Below, piece after piece: positions 20,694 to 30,832 of a stretch of DNA of 64,000 nt. Position 1 is the first letter of the stretch. Each line of letters begins with the position of its first letter. The position numbers were made by a program, and so were the translations under genes. The notes under the pieces are model-generated. The model did no database searches, had not been told where the DNA came from, and saw only the letters and a program-made list of their open reading frames with translations. This DNA comes from a virus: the IMG/VR virus record IMGVR_UViG_3300042308_001049, positions 1 through 64,000 of that record; one strand, given 5' to 3'.

Positions 20694-21251
20694 ATGTTTT
20701 ATAAATTCAACACTGAAAGTTTAGCTTTTGAAAAAATTAAACTCCATAAAATTTATTTCAATACTGGAGTTATTTTTGTTTTGACTTTGCTTTTAGCTTA
20801 TGGGATAGGTAGGATGACTAAGATTTATTCTTTAAGCCCATACGAAAAAGAAGTACTTCTAGTTAATATGGATCATCCCCCATTTAGTGAAGAAGAATTA
20901 ATTGAATTATTAAAAGAACTAAACATTAAATTCCCCCATATTGTTCTAGCTCAAGCACAACTTGAATCCAGTAACTATAACTCAAATATCTTTAAACATA
21001 ATCATAATTTATTTGGGATGCGAGAAGCTAAACAGCGTATAACTACAGCGTTAGGTACTAAACGTAAACATGCATATTATCAAGACTGGACTAAATCTGT
21101 TTATGATTATGGTTATTACCAAGCAACATTCTTAAGTAAAATTAAAACTGAAGAACAATATTTTAGATATTTAGGAAATAGTTATGCTGAAGATCCAAAT
21201 TATTTACTTAAAATTAAAAAACTATCAGCTAAATTAAAAAATAAATTTTAA
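20694..21251 (+). CDS. GH73 glucosaminidase (peptidoglycan hydrolase) with N-terminal TM
   Basis: LAQAQLES, HNLFGM, YAEDPNY motifs. Confidence 0.88.
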   Translation: MFYKFNTESLAFEKIKLHKIYFNTGVIFVLTLLLAYGIGRMTKIYSLSPYEKEVLLVNMDHPPFSEEELIELLKELNIKFPHIVLAQAQLESSNYNSNIFKHNHNLFGMREAKQRITTALGTKRKHAYYQDWTKSVYDYGYYQATFLSKIKTEEQYFRYLGNSYAEDPNYLLKIKKLSAKLKNKF

Positions 21252-21297
21252 TATATTTATAGCAGTCCGTTATTATTAATTTAACATTTATGTTTAA

Positions 21298-21444
21298 ATG
21301 GCTGCTAAAATCAAATCACAAACAACAGCAACGTTCCAAGAAAAGCCAACAGTAAGTAGACCAGGTGTTCATTCTAAAACTAAAACATCTAAGCTTAAGT
21401 CAAGTAAACTTTATAAAAAAGCCTATAGAGGGCAAGGTAGATAA
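21298..21444 (+). CDS. Small basic protein, 48 aa
   Basis: MAAKIK...RPGVHSKTKTSKLKSSKLYKKAYRGQGR; follows ATATTTAT at 21253. Confidence 0.7.
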   Translation: MAAKIKSQTTATFQEKPTVSRPGVHSKTKTSKLKSSKLYKKAYRGQGR

Positions 21445-21445
21445 G

Positions 21446-21562
21446 ATGGCACGTTCAGGAAGAAAAAGAATAAATGGTAAAAGGCCAACTAGTAGAAAAT
21501 CACAAATTAAATTTGAAAAACGATTAAAAAATAACCATGAAATACTTTCTAGGTTAAAATGA
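21446..21562 (+). CDS. Small basic protein, 38 aa
   Basis: MARSGRKR...; ATG right after preceding stop, preferred over GTG 21365. Confidence 0.55.
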   Translation: MARSGRKRINGKRPTSRKSQIKFEKRLKNNHEILSRLK

Positions 21563-21676
21563 ATATAATAGAAGCATTTTTAGTAATGTCCTCTTTAATT
21601 TGGGCTTGTTATACATTGTTTTCTTCATTATATTCACCATCAAATAAATGTAAAACTAAATGTAAATGTAATTGTT

Positions 21677-21811
21677 ATGAGTAAAGTATCAGCTAAAGCA
21701 CGTTATGAGGCTTTTTCAGAATGGTTTAAATGGGCACAAAACAAGTATCCATCTATGAAGAAAAAGAAAAAAGCCCGCCCTGACTATATGATGGGGAATG
21801 AGGAATACTAA
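21677..21811 (+). CDS. Hypothetical 44 aa protein
   Basis: GTTATG leader; MSKVSAKARY... Confidence 0.5.
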   Translation: MSKVSAKARYEAFSEWFKWAQNKYPSMKKKKKARPDYMMGNEEY

Positions 21812-21977
21812 GATAATTAACTCTATGTTAGAATTGCTCTTTACATTACCTGATGAGCAATTAGCAGAGATTCTTATTGAACAGCCTGAATTAATGAGCA
21901 CAATCTGTATTGGGGCGTCTATAGAGCTTTATGAGATAGAAGAAAAATCTAAAGTAATAATAAATGGCCAAGCCTAA
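21798..21977 (+). CDS. Hypothetical 59 aa protein
   Basis: MRNTKIINSML...; fills gap between neighbours. Confidence 0.5.
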   Translation: MRNTKIINSMLELLFTLPDEQLAEILIEQPELMSTICIGASIELYEIEEKSKVIINGQA

Positions 21978-22191
21978 AGATTATATAGGACCGTTAGTTA
22001 TTGTTTGGAAAACATCTGAGAGATCTAACGCCCAAACTAAAATTAAAAAATCGGCCAACTACAACTTAGACTATTTTCTTAAAATAGATGCCACAATTCC
22101 AGGTATACCTAAAGACGCTATTATTTTAGAATTAGGCATTGGAAACAAATTATTTAATAGTTGGAAAGACAAATATAAGATTTCTGATTAA
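21964..22191 (+). CDS. Hypothetical protein
   Basis: 75 aa ORF. Confidence 0.65.
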   Translation: MAKPKDYIGPLVIVWKTSERSNAQTKIKKSANYNLDYFLKIDATIPGIPKDAIILELGIGNKLFNSWKDKYKISD

Positions 22192-22195
22192 ATGT

Positions 22196-22244
22196 TTGGT
22201 TACACTAAAAATAGATGTTATATTTAGCATGTTAAATAAGAGTT
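22196..22244 (+). promoter_or_regulatory. Early-type promoter (TTTG-N20-TATATTTA) plus leader
   Basis: tttggttacactaaaaatagatgttatatttag...gttATG. Confidence 0.75.
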
Positions 22245-22475
22245 ATGAAAAAAGAAAAAGGTATTTTAACCCGAACGTACAAGCAAGCTAAAACTGCTAT
22301 TGAAAATGGTCATATGGATAAAGCCCGTGACTTATTTGATTTTGGAATTATGCATGTTGCTGATAAACGTTACAAAGATGGGTTAGCAGTAGATGATAAA
22401 ATCGAGAAAGTTAAAGTAGGTGTTTGGCTTGAACGTTTTTGGTATGGTTTAGAAAATAACAATTTACTCCTTTAA
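22245..22475 (+). CDS. Hypothetical protein
   Basis: 76 aa ORF after early promoter. Confidence 0.75.
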   Translation: MKKEKGILTRTYKQAKTAIENGHMDKARDLFDFGIMHVADKRYKDGLAVDDKIEKVKVGVWLERFWYGLENNNLLL

Positions 22476-22477
22476 TT

Positions 22478-22747
22478 ATGAAATTTCTTGAATTAACTGC
22501 ATTTGGTAATAAACGCAAACACTTTATTGCCCTTAAATCAATCGCTGACATTGATTTTCAAGACAAATATTCTACAATTGTCTTAAGTAATGGCCATCAG
22601 CTTAATGTAACTGAAACTGAGTATGATATTAAAAATATGATCCAAAACTTAGATGGTATCATTATAGACCCATTTTACTATACAGATATAACTGGTAGTG
22701 ACACTTGGAGTATGTCATCTTATGATGAGGATAATTTACCTTTCTAA
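22478..22747 (+). CDS. FlbD/SwrD-like small beta protein with acidic DNLPF tail
   Basis: MKFLELT...FIALKSI...STIVLSNG..LNVTET pattern. Confidence 0.5.
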   Translation: MKFLELTAFGNKRKHFIALKSIADIDFQDKYSTIVLSNGHQLNVTETEYDIKNMIQNLDGIIIDPFYYTDITGSDTWSMSSYDEDNLPF

Positions 22748-23031
22748 TGGCTGAGAAAAGAGGTAACTTAGTTAAATTAAAATATGATTTCAAAGAAGCT
22801 TTATGCTGTGAAGTTAATTTTGATGGTGATAAATGGGCTCGAGTTACAGCCCGTGAGTTTAGAAGCTGGAATGGTAAAAGACGTATTTTAAATGTTGACA
22901 ATCCTAGTAAACCCTATTATGAAGAATATGTGGGTCCAGTTTATTATTTTGGGACCAATAATATTAATGAAAAACCTAAAAAACATGGTTTGGTTTTCTA
23001 CCAAGAACAAGATCCAAGAGCAAAAAAGTGA
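22747..23031 (+). CDS. Hypothetical protein
   Basis: 94 aa ORF, TAATG coupling. Confidence 0.7.
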   Translation: MAEKRGNLVKLKYDFKEALCCEVNFDGDKWARVTAREFRSWNGKRRILNVDNPSKPYYEEYVGPVYYFGTNNINEKPKKHGLVFYQEQDPRAKK

Positions 23032-23307
23032 TTTAGATTTTACCCCTAAATTCAAAATTACTTACCCTGAAGGTTGGCATGAACGTCAAACAATGTCTGT
23101 AAAAGATAAATGTGATCATTTTAATAATTGGGCCTCTAAACTATAGTTATGGATACAGATTTTGAAGATTTTACAGACCATGAAAATGAAAATACCAAAC
23201 AAAAGGAGAGATACAGACGAGGGACATTTAGCGAGTCTGATTCGGAGGAAGATGATTACTAAGGTAAAATCTAGTAAGAAAGATTATAATAGAAAAAATA
23301 AAAATTG

Positions 23308-23325
23308 GAGGGGCGAGAGCCCCTC
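23308..23325 (+). terminator. Stem-loop (terminator-like)
   Basis: GAGGGGC-GAGA-GCCCCTC followed by AT-rich tract. Confidence 0.55.
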
Positions 23326-23339
23326 ATTATATTTATTGC

Positions 23340-23537
23340 ATGTACATTAATTGGATATTAAATTACTTAATAGTAGGAATATTATTTCAATGGTTTATGT
23401 ATTGGGTTTCTACAAAACTAGATTCTGAATATTTATTTAATCACGCTGAAAGGATAATGTTAATATTTATTTGGCCAATTGGTATGGTGGGATTTATTAC
23501 TAATATTATAAAAGGATTTTTTAGTAAAAATGAGTAG
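23340..23537 (+). CDS. Small membrane protein
   Basis: Two TM segments; ATATTTAT 3 nt upstream. Confidence 0.65.
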   Translation: MYINWILNYLIVGILFQWFMYWVSTKLDSEYLFNHAERIMLIFIWPIGMVGFITNIIKGFFSKNE

Positions 23538-23699
23538 AATAGAAGAAGTTTTATATAAAGCTTATAAAAAAAATCTTTATTATGAGACTATGTCTTTAGC
23601 CCAAGAAATACAATCTATCAATCCTGTAATGACCCAGATAGATAGGTATGAAACAGCTTATAGACAAGCTAAACAACAACGTAAAACTAATAAAAAGAA

Positions 23700-23939
23700 A
23701 TGACACTCACAGCATTTATCATAAGTGTACTTTGGATTTTAACCTTGATAATAGCGTTTTCTTTATTTTTACAAGTAATTGAGCTTAAAGCAGGTCAAAA
23801 ATCCTTGGACCAACAAATTAGTGATTTAAGAAAACAGGTACATAAAAACCAACACAACATCGAAAATATCCAAAAATCGGATTACATTCAAAACTTAAAC
23901 CAACAGGCATCTGTCTCAAAACACCTTATTAAAGGGTAA
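23700..23939 (+). CDS. TM plus coiled-coil protein
   Basis: N-terminal hydrophobic helix then heptad-like stretch. Confidence 0.65.
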   Translation: MTLTAFIISVLWILTLIIAFSLFLQVIELKAGQKSLDQQISDLRKQVHKNQHNIENIQKSDYIQNLNQQASVSKHLIKG

Positions 23940-23961
23940 AACTATAGAAAATATTTACCAA

Positions 23962-24015
23962 TTTGGCTTCCTAAGATTTCTTACGTATATTTAAATGTAA
24001 GTAAAAATAAAAGTT
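23962..24015 (+). promoter_or_regulatory. Early-type promoter plus leader
   Basis: tttggcttcctaagatttcttacgtatattta...gttATG. Confidence 0.75.
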
Positions 24016-25104
24016 ATGATGTTTAATTCGATTTACAAACGAGCAGTTAATGGTAAAATTAACCAATGGACTGTTGAGGTAGAGGATAACCAATACCGAA
24101 CAATTTCAGGTTACCATGATGGGGTTCAAACCACATCTGAATGGACTGTATGTGAAGGAAAAAATATCAGTAAGAAAAACGAGACCACACCAGCCCAACA
24201 AGCAATGGCTGAGGCTGAAGCTTTATATCGCAAACGTAAAGAGTTAGGTTATTTTGAAGATATAAATGACTGTGATAAACAAGTCTATTTCCAGCCCATG
24301 TTAGCCAAGGATTGGAATAATGAAAAAGGTAAAGTAAAATACCCTATCTTCACTCAGCCTAAATTAGATGGCATTCGTTGTATTGTAAAAAGTGATGGAA
24401 TGTGGAGTCGTAATGGTAAACCAATTGTATCCGCTCCTCATATTTTTGAGTCACTGAAGCCTTTATTTGAATCAAATCCTGATCTAATATTTGATGGTGA
24501 ATTATATGCTGATAAGTACTCTAATGATTTTAATGCTATCTGTTCAATAGTTAAAAAAACTAAACCAACACAACAAGATCTATTAGATAGTGCTAATGTA
24601 ATCCAATACCATATCTATGACTTGCCTAGTCATGATGATGTGTTTACATCACGTTATAAAGCGCTTATAAACTTGGAACTACCAAAAACATGCGTTGTGG
24701 TCGCAACTGAGCAGGTAGACCATATAAATGATGTATTTGGGTACTATGAGGACTACATCGCAGCAGGTTATGAAGGTCAAATGTTACGACTGGATAACCA
24801 TTATGAAAATAAACGTTCTAAATCATTATTGAAACATAAATCATTCATTGATGAAGAATATACCATCTTAGATATTGTTGAGGGTGTAGGTAATAAAACA
24901 GGAATGGTTGGTTCGTTTGTATTTAAAAATAAAGCAGGCAAAACATTTAACTCATCACCTAAATTCAACTGGGAGGTATGTACTGAAATGTGGAACAACC
25001 GTCACGAGTTGATCGGTAAAGAAGCAACAGTGAAATACTTTAACTTAACTCCAGATGGTGTTCCACGATTCCCTTATGTAATCGCTATTCGTAATTACGA
25101 GTGA
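24016..25104 (+). CDS. ATP-dependent DNA ligase
   Basis: PMLA, KLDGIR, FDGELY, YDL, YEGQMLR, LLKHK, GVPRFP. Confidence 0.95.
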   Translation: MMFNSIYKRAVNGKINQWTVEVEDNQYRTISGYHDGVQTTSEWTVCEGKNISKKNETTPAQQAMAEAEALYRKRKELGYFEDINDCDKQVYFQPMLAKDWNNEKGKVKYPIFTQPKLDGIRCIVKSDGMWSRNGKPIVSAPHIFESLKPLFESNPDLIFDGELYADKYSNDFNAICSIVKKTKPTQQDLLDSANVIQYHIYDLPSHDDVFTSRYKALINLELPKTCVVVATEQVDHINDVFGYYEDYIAAGYEGQMLRLDNHYENKRSKSLLKHKSFIDEEYTILDIVEGVGNKTGMVGSFVFKNKAGKTFNSSPKFNWEVCTEMWNNRHELIGKEATVKYFNLTPDGVPRFPYVIAIRNYE

Positions 25105-25157
25105 TTTGGCTACCCAAAATATCTTTTATATATTTAAACATAATTAAAAAATAAGTT

Positions 25158-25277
25158 ATGAAAGAAGTTTATGAAATGCTTAACCTGTATGAGTATTATC
25201 TCAATCAAGGGATGATTGTTTTGGCTATGGAATACAAGAACCAGGCCGATATGCTAATGTCTAAATTGGAAGCGTAA
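25158..25277 (+). CDS. Hypothetical 39 aa protein
   Basis: Follows early promoter at 25105; MKEVYEML... Confidence 0.55.
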   Translation: MKEVYEMLNLYEYYLNQGMIVLAMEYKNQADMLMSKLEA

Positions 25278-25341
25278 TGTGGGTATTTGGTATTATTGTG
25301 GTTTGGATTTTGTTGGAAATTTTGGGTGAAATTAAACGGAA

Positions 25342-26076
25342 ATGAAAACAGTTTTTCTTGGAGATACACACGGTCGTTCCATCTGGAAAGATATTATTAA
25401 AGCAGAAAACCCTGACCGGGTTATCTTCTGGGGAGATTACTTTGACTCATTTAATATTCCAGGTGTATCTCAGATTCGTAACTTCAAAGACATTATCGAG
25501 TTCAAAGAGAACACTGATAAAGAAGTTATCATGTTGATTGGTAATCACGATCACCATTACATGGATGCTGGTGAGGCTTATAGTGGTCACCAAGCAGCAT
25601 TGCATTGGGATATTCATGATGTGTTGAAGCAGAATAAACATCATTTGCAAGTTGCTTACCAACTCAATAACATAATCTGTACTCACGCAGGATTGAGTCC
25701 TGTATGGTTGAGCCATTGCTTGCCTGGTTGGCAACATGAAAATGTAGTTGAACTTGTAAACGATCTATTCAAATACCACCCAAAACGATTCAATTTTAGT
25801 CAAGCTGGTTGGGATCCTTACGGTGATGATGAATCACAAGGTCCATTTTGGATTCGCCCTAGAGCTTTAATGAGATCTAATAAGGGTGAGAAAGGATTTA
25901 AGAAGAAATATATTCAAATAGTAGGACATACTCAAGTAACCAATATCATAGATTCTTTTGAAACTACTAAAAAGTCAATGGGTGGTAAATACTATCTGAT
26001 TGATGCTCAAGAAACCAATGGTTATGTTGTTTATCAAGATGGACAATTGATACCCTCTATAATTGATATTATGTAA
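25342..26076 (+). CDS. Calcineurin-like metallophosphoesterase
   Basis: GDTHG, GDYFD, GNHD, THAG, VGHT. Confidence 0.92.
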   Translation: MKTVFLGDTHGRSIWKDIIKAENPDRVIFWGDYFDSFNIPGVSQIRNFKDIIEFKENTDKEVIMLIGNHDHHYMDAGEAYSGHQAALHWDIHDVLKQNKHHLQVAYQLNNIICTHAGLSPVWLSHCLPGWQHENVVELVNDLFKYHPKRFNFSQAGWDPYGDDESQGPFWIRPRALMRSNKGEKGFKKKYIQIVGHTQVTNIIDSFETTKKSMGGKYYLIDAQETNGYVVYQDGQLIPSIIDIM

Positions 26077-26079
26077 GTC

Positions 26080-26583
26080 ATGGATAGATTCATGTATTTA
26101 AAAGCATTTTGTTCGCCATTCAAGCGACCTTCCCTTAGATGGTACTTTGGGAAGGTTGCTATTGGTGTTCCTTATTTTTTACCTCGCAAATGGGTTAAGG
26201 ATCCTAATCAACCAGGGTATAGAATATCTGTACCTAGAAAGGTTGGATTCGATCATTGTAGTTTAGGATGGAAAACAAAATGGACTGAGACTGACTATCG
26301 CTATGAATACTCTCCAATCCTATCATTTGTATTCTTCAAGTGGCAGATTGCAGTAACAGTTTGGACTTCACACCCAGACCCTTACTGGACAGCGTTCTTG
26401 TTTTACTATTACAAGACCAAAGGAACTCGGCATGAACGAATTGAGCAATGTAAGAAAGAGTTCCCACTCATATTTACTAGCTACAAACCAGGTAAACCAA
26501 AGGAGAAAATAAACTATTATGATATTATCTTAAAAGAAAAGTATAATGGTAAAAAGATTAAATCGACAACAAAAGAAAGATAA
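26080..26583 (+). CDS. Hypothetical protein
   Basis: 167 aa ORF. Confidence 0.75.
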   Translation: MDRFMYLKAFCSPFKRPSLRWYFGKVAIGVPYFLPRKWVKDPNQPGYRISVPRKVGFDHCSLGWKTKWTETDYRYEYSPILSFVFFKWQIAVTVWTSHPDPYWTAFLFYYYKTKGTRHERIEQCKKEFPLIFTSYKPGKPKEKINYYDIILKEKYNGKKIKSTTKER

Positions 26584-26851
26584 AGCAATTAAAGACCTTA
26601 TCAATCAAATGTTTATTATTGCGGGCCATAATGTTACCTATGATGATATTGTAGGGGTTGAGCAATGGTTCAACAAATACACTATGACTGTTGAACAAGG
26701 TGAAGAATTTAAGAAGTGGGGTAAGCAATACCTTATGAAAAATCTTCAAATGCGAGCAGCTGCTGCTGAAAAAGAAATGATGTGGTTTAATGTAATGTGG
26801 GGATTGACTTACAGTAACTGGGAAGAATATCATAAACTAGATAAAAAATGA
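26546..26851 (+). CDS. Hypothetical protein
   Basis: 101 aa ORF. Confidence 0.7.
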   Translation: MVKRLNRQQKKDKAIKDLINQMFIIAGHNVTYDDIVGVEQWFNKYTMTVEQGEEFKKWGKQYLMKNLQMRAAAAEKEMMWFNVMWGLTYSNWEEYHKLDKK

Positions 26852-26996
26852 GAATAGAACGTTACGAACAATCTTACGAGTTTGTTGTTTTACCTAGCAT
26901 CAAATTTGTCTATGATAAAATCCTATTTGGATATTACTGTGTGGATATTATTTGGGGTCGTTGGGGATTTTCATTATCTTGGGGACATAAATAAAA

Positions 26997-27245
26997 ATGC
27001 TAATGACTGAGGAAATTTTCAAAGAGCTCAACTTCGAACGCATCAAAGTATCGACTGAGGAGTCAGGTGCTGCTCCTTTCCACTACTACACCTTAGATAT
27101 TGGAGACATTTGCCTTATTAGTAATTCTAGTGATGAAGCCGAAAAGGAAGGATGGTATTGCTCCATCTTTGACTCAATGACTTTAAAAATTAAAGGTGAA
27201 GGTGATTTGAGAGCGTTAGTAGATATTCTAAAACTCAACTCATGA
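26997..27245 (+). CDS. Hypothetical protein
   Basis: 82 aa ORF. Confidence 0.7.
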   Translation: MLMTEEIFKELNFERIKVSTEESGAAPFHYYTLDIGDICLISNSSDEAEKEGWYCSIFDSMTLKIKGEGDLRALVDILKLNS

Positions 27246-27386
27246 GACAGAATTTAAATGAGCAGCAAAACTGGGTTGTGGTAGAGATACCTAACCTGGT
27301 TCCTCATTATTTTAATACATTTGAAGAGGCTCTAAATAATGCAATTAAAGGTCACTTGATGACTGAAACATATTACAAGTACCATT

Positions 27387-28016
27387 ATGAATAACAAAAC
27401 AAACATAGTAGAACTCATTGGTCACTACGGCAATGATTTAATCCATGCCAGTAGTGCTTGGACTAGCACCTCTCGAGACCTAACAGAAGAAAAGATTGCT
27501 CGAGTTCCTAAACTGCTTAAAATGCTAGCGACAGAAGGACACCACACTCCTTTTGAGAAATCGTCACTACACTTTTTAGTAACAGTAGATCAGGCAACAC
27601 ATATCCACTTACTGAAACATCGTATTGGAGTTTCTATCAACGGAGAGTCTGCTCGATATAAAGAACTTAAGGAGGATAAAATGTATTTACCTTACGATTG
27701 GAGCAATACTTGGTTAAATAAACTTGAAACTTATACTAATGAAGGTAATAAGTTATATCATGAAGCTCTTGAATACTTTACTCCAATCTTAGGACGTAAA
27801 CGTGCTAAAGAATCTGCTCGCTTCTTCAAAGCATTCAATAGTCAAATCACAATGGATATTATGTTCAACTGGAGGAGCTTCTATCACTTCCAGCAACTAA
27901 GAAATAGCGAACATGCCCAGGTAGAAGTTAAATTATTAGCCCAAGATATGCTTGACCAAGTAAAAGCTATTGAAGGTAATCCTTTTAAATATACAATAGA
28001 GGGTTTTGGATTATAA
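27387..28016 (+). CDS. thyX: FAD-dependent thymidylate synthase
   Basis: GHHTPFE, KHR......ESARY (variant of RHR-x7-S), KESAR, NWRS..HF..LR...HAQ.E. Confidence 0.92.
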   Translation: MNNKTNIVELIGHYGNDLIHASSAWTSTSRDLTEEKIARVPKLLKMLATEGHHTPFEKSSLHFLVTVDQATHIHLLKHRIGVSINGESARYKELKEDKMYLPYDWSNTWLNKLETYTNEGNKLYHEALEYFTPILGRKRAKESARFFKAFNSQITMDIMFNWRSFYHFQQLRNSEHAQVEVKLLAQDMLDQVKAIEGNPFKYTIEGFGL

Positions 28017-28157
28017 ACAAATGAAACTAGAAGTAGTAATTAAACTTCCCTTATCAAACTAAAATAAAGAAACCTCTATTAATTAAGATAGAATCAATCT
28101 ATATAACAACCTCCTAACATATTTAAAGCCCTACATATTTTCTAATATTTATAATAT

Positions 28158-28892
28158 ATGGCAACATCATACGGAGGACCAGTTTATACAAGCGTATCCC
28201 AAGTTACAGGACCAACAGGATGGTATCCTATTAGATTATCTAATGGGACAGCTATGGTTTATATCAACCAAGACTATGATGGTGGTGGTTGGGTGTTAGT
28301 TGGAGCTAACCGTATTAATACTGGTGGTATGACCAATTTAGAGTATTATGATGCGGTTAACAGTTGTAATTATAGAAATTCTCAAAACCAAGTCCAGGTA
28401 ACTACTAGTACTAGTTTAAGTGATGTAAATGCTTTTGTTGGAGTTAATTATTGGCAAGAATTAGCAGGTAGATTAACTGCTAATAGAATTACAGTAGTTC
28501 AATATGTGTCTACTTCAGTTGTAGGTTTGAATGCTACAGGATCACATAATAAGCGTTATAGATGGAGAGGTTCATTTAGTAATGCAACCTATACTTTTAA
28601 TGCCTCAACTTTTACTTGGACTAATGTTGAAGGGCTGAGTGATGAAACTGGAACCGGAGCTCCTGGTTTCTTTAGTTATCACGCTGCTAATGGATTCCCA
28701 CTAACTACTTATGATAACTACGGGTATTGGAACGCTTGTGCTACCTATTACACTAACCAAGGATTCTGGTATGGAAGTTGCTGGTCAGGAAATATTTGGG
28801 GTGGTGGGCCTGGTAATTATTATCAAGATGCTTATTATTGGGATAGTTCAGGAGGTGATTATTGGAATTATGGAGCAGTTTATATTAAATAA
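28158..28892 (+). CDS. Fibrinogen C-terminal-like domain virion protein
   Basis: Y..QDYDGGGWVLV, TTYDN, CA......FWYGSCW.GN. Confidence 0.75.
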   Translation: MATSYGGPVYTSVSQVTGPTGWYPIRLSNGTAMVYINQDYDGGGWVLVGANRINTGGMTNLEYYDAVNSCNYRNSQNQVQVTTSTSLSDVNAFVGVNYWQELAGRLTANRITVVQYVSTSVVGLNATGSHNKRYRWRGSFSNATYTFNASTFTWTNVEGLSDETGTGAPGFFSYHAANGFPLTTYDNYGYWNACATYYTNQGFWYGSCWSGNIWGGGPGNYYQDAYYWDSSGGDYWNYGAVYIK

Positions 28893-28898
28893 AAGATT

Positions 28899-29132
28899 AT
28901 GCCAAGAAATACTCAATTAAAACCCATGAAACTTGTAATGTCTCGTAGTAGTGAAACTACTTGGGATATGGTTGTAACTATTATTGAAGATGGAAGTTTA
29001 ATAGTTAGTGAACTTAATTTACTTTTACTCCCAGAAATGCTCAATAAAGAATATTTTGATAACTGGCAAAATCAATTAGAGCATTCCCCAGTTCTTAATA
29101 TTGTAGAAACAGAAAGAATTAATTTACCTTAA
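28899..29132 (+). CDS. Hypothetical protein
   Basis: 77 aa ORF between virion genes. Confidence 0.6.
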   Translation: MPRNTQLKPMKLVMSRSSETTWDMVVTIIEDGSLIVSELNLLLLPEMLNKEYFDNWQNQLEHSPVLNIVETERINLP

Positions 29133-29133
29133 A

Positions 29134-29784
29134 ATGGCATTTTTTCATTCACCTCGTATTGTAACAGATGGGTTAGTATTAGCTTTAGATGCTGCTAATT
29201 CTCTATCTTATCCAGGATCAGGTACTACATGGACTGATCTAAGTGGGAAAGGAAATAATGGTACATTAGTTAATGGGCCTACATTTGATCAAGCTAATGG
29301 AGGTTCAATTGTGTTTGATGGTACTGATGATTATGTTAACTTACCAGATGGGCTATTATCAGGAACTGGTGACTTTACGATAATTCAGTGGGTCCAATGT
29401 GATGGGGCTGGGATTGGAACTACTTTTGGTAATTTCGGTGCGGGTACTTTACAATTTGGGTGGTCTGCTTCCTATGTTTTTTTATGGCTAGGTAATAGTA
29501 GTGCATATGCTTCTCCTGCTAATTTTACAACTGCAATTACTATGATTGCAGGGAGAAGGATTGGAACTACAACCAATTATTTAAAAAATGGGACAGTATT
29601 AACTACCGGTAGTTCAGGTGCTTCGATAGGGAATTCGAGCGCAAACTTTAGGATTGGAACTAACACTTCAACTACCGAGCAGTATAATGGTAAAATTTAT
29701 ACGACAATGGTTTATAATAGAGGACTTTCTAATACTGAAATCCTACAAAATTATCAAGCTTTAAAAACACGATTTGGATTATGA
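29134..29784 (+). CDS. LamG/ConA-like lectin-fold virion protein
   Basis: IVTDGLVLALDAAN..SYPGSGTTW.DLSG, FDG.DDY, YNR.LS..EI.QNY. Confidence 0.85.
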   Translation: MAFFHSPRIVTDGLVLALDAANSLSYPGSGTTWTDLSGKGNNGTLVNGPTFDQANGGSIVFDGTDDYVNLPDGLLSGTGDFTIIQWVQCDGAGIGTTFGNFGAGTLQFGWSASYVFLWLGNSSAYASPANFTTAITMIAGRRIGTTTNYLKNGTVLTTGSSGASIGNSSANFRIGTNTSTTEQYNGKIYTTMVYNRGLSNTEILQNYQALKTRFGL

Positions 29785-30053
29785 TAGATCAAGAATACGA
29801 AAATAGACGTTTTGTAATATTTGAGGTAACAGAATTACCTCTTATAGATTTTAATCAAGTATATGAAACTGATATTGATACAGTACGTAAATCAGTAGAC
29901 GGAACAAAAACATTTGTTAAATATGATTTACCAGAACCTTCTTCGGTAACAGCTTTAACTACTAAGTCTCAAGAGTATACTTATGATGAAATATTACAAA
30001 TATTAAGCACACCTGAGTGGACTAAGGCGATGCCTCCTTATCCCCCAAATTAA
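29781..30053 (+). CDS. Hypothetical protein (accessory to LamG genes)
   Basis: 90 aa, RKSVDGTKTFVKY...ILSTPEW. Confidence 0.7.
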   Translation: MIDQEYENRRFVIFEVTELPLIDFNQVYETDIDTVRKSVDGTKTFVKYDLPEPSSVTALTTKSQEYTYDEILQILSTPEWTKAMPPYPPN

Positions 30054-30072
30054 TATTTATAAATAAAAGATA

Positions 30073-30744
30073 ATGGCAGCTTTTGGGGGACCTGATATAG
30101 TAACAAATGGATTAATTCTAGCTTTAGATGCTGCTAATCCTTTATCTTACCCTGGAACTGGAACAACATGGTATGATTTAAGTGGGAATGGGAGAAATTC
30201 TACATTAGTTAATGGTCCTGTGTGGGATTCTAAAGGATGGATGGGATTTGACGGTGCAGACGATAGAAGTACAACTTCATTTGGATTTTTATCAAATAGT
30301 GAATCTCATGAAGCCTGGGTGTATTCTAAAGGGAATGTATCTACTTATAATATGTTTATGGGTATAATTTTACCTTATTATGGGTTTTTTAATGGAAATA
30401 CTTTTATAGTCCAAGATTATGTTGGTGGTGTTCAAGTTGGATATTATACTGGCACTTTATCTCTTAATAGATGGTATCATTTTTTAAGTACCCGTTCTTA
30501 TAATGGAACTAATACTACATTAACTACATACATAAATGGTACCTTATCAGCTCAAGCAACATACAGTGGAGCTCCTAGTATAGCTGGAGGAACTTGGGCT
30601 ATTGGAAACTGGGATGCACCATCAGCCGGAGCAAGCTACCCATTTTATGGTGATGTTTCAATAGTAAATTTTTATAATAGAGCACTATTATTAGAGGAAG
30701 TCCAACAAAATTACCAATCATTTAAAACACGATTTGGATTATAA
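30073..30744 (+). CDS. LamG/ConA-like virion protein, paralog of 29134-29784
   Basis: Same N- and C-terminal motifs, divergent core. Confidence 0.85.
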   Translation: MAAFGGPDIVTNGLILALDAANPLSYPGTGTTWYDLSGNGRNSTLVNGPVWDSKGWMGFDGADDRSTTSFGFLSNSESHEAWVYSKGNVSTYNMFMGIILPYYGFFNGNTFIVQDYVGGVQVGYYTGTLSLNRWYHFLSTRSYNGTNTTLTTYINGTLSAQATYSGAPSIAGGTWAIGNWDAPSAGASYPFYGDVSIVNFYNRALLLEEVQQNYQSFKTRFGL

Positions 30745-30832
30745 AAAAGTACTATTAATGCTCTTCTCTATTTTAAATTGATATAATTACACCCCTAAAG
30801 CACCTCTATCAAATTAACACATATTTATTAAC

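Noticed and set aside
28158-30744. Diversity-generating retroelement target
   Set aside because: No reverse transcriptase and no adenine-specific template/variable repeat pair seen in the window
30784-30793. TAATTACACC as a second anti-leader
   Set aside because: Only a 10-nt match without the anti-start part or a presenting hairpin; may be chance
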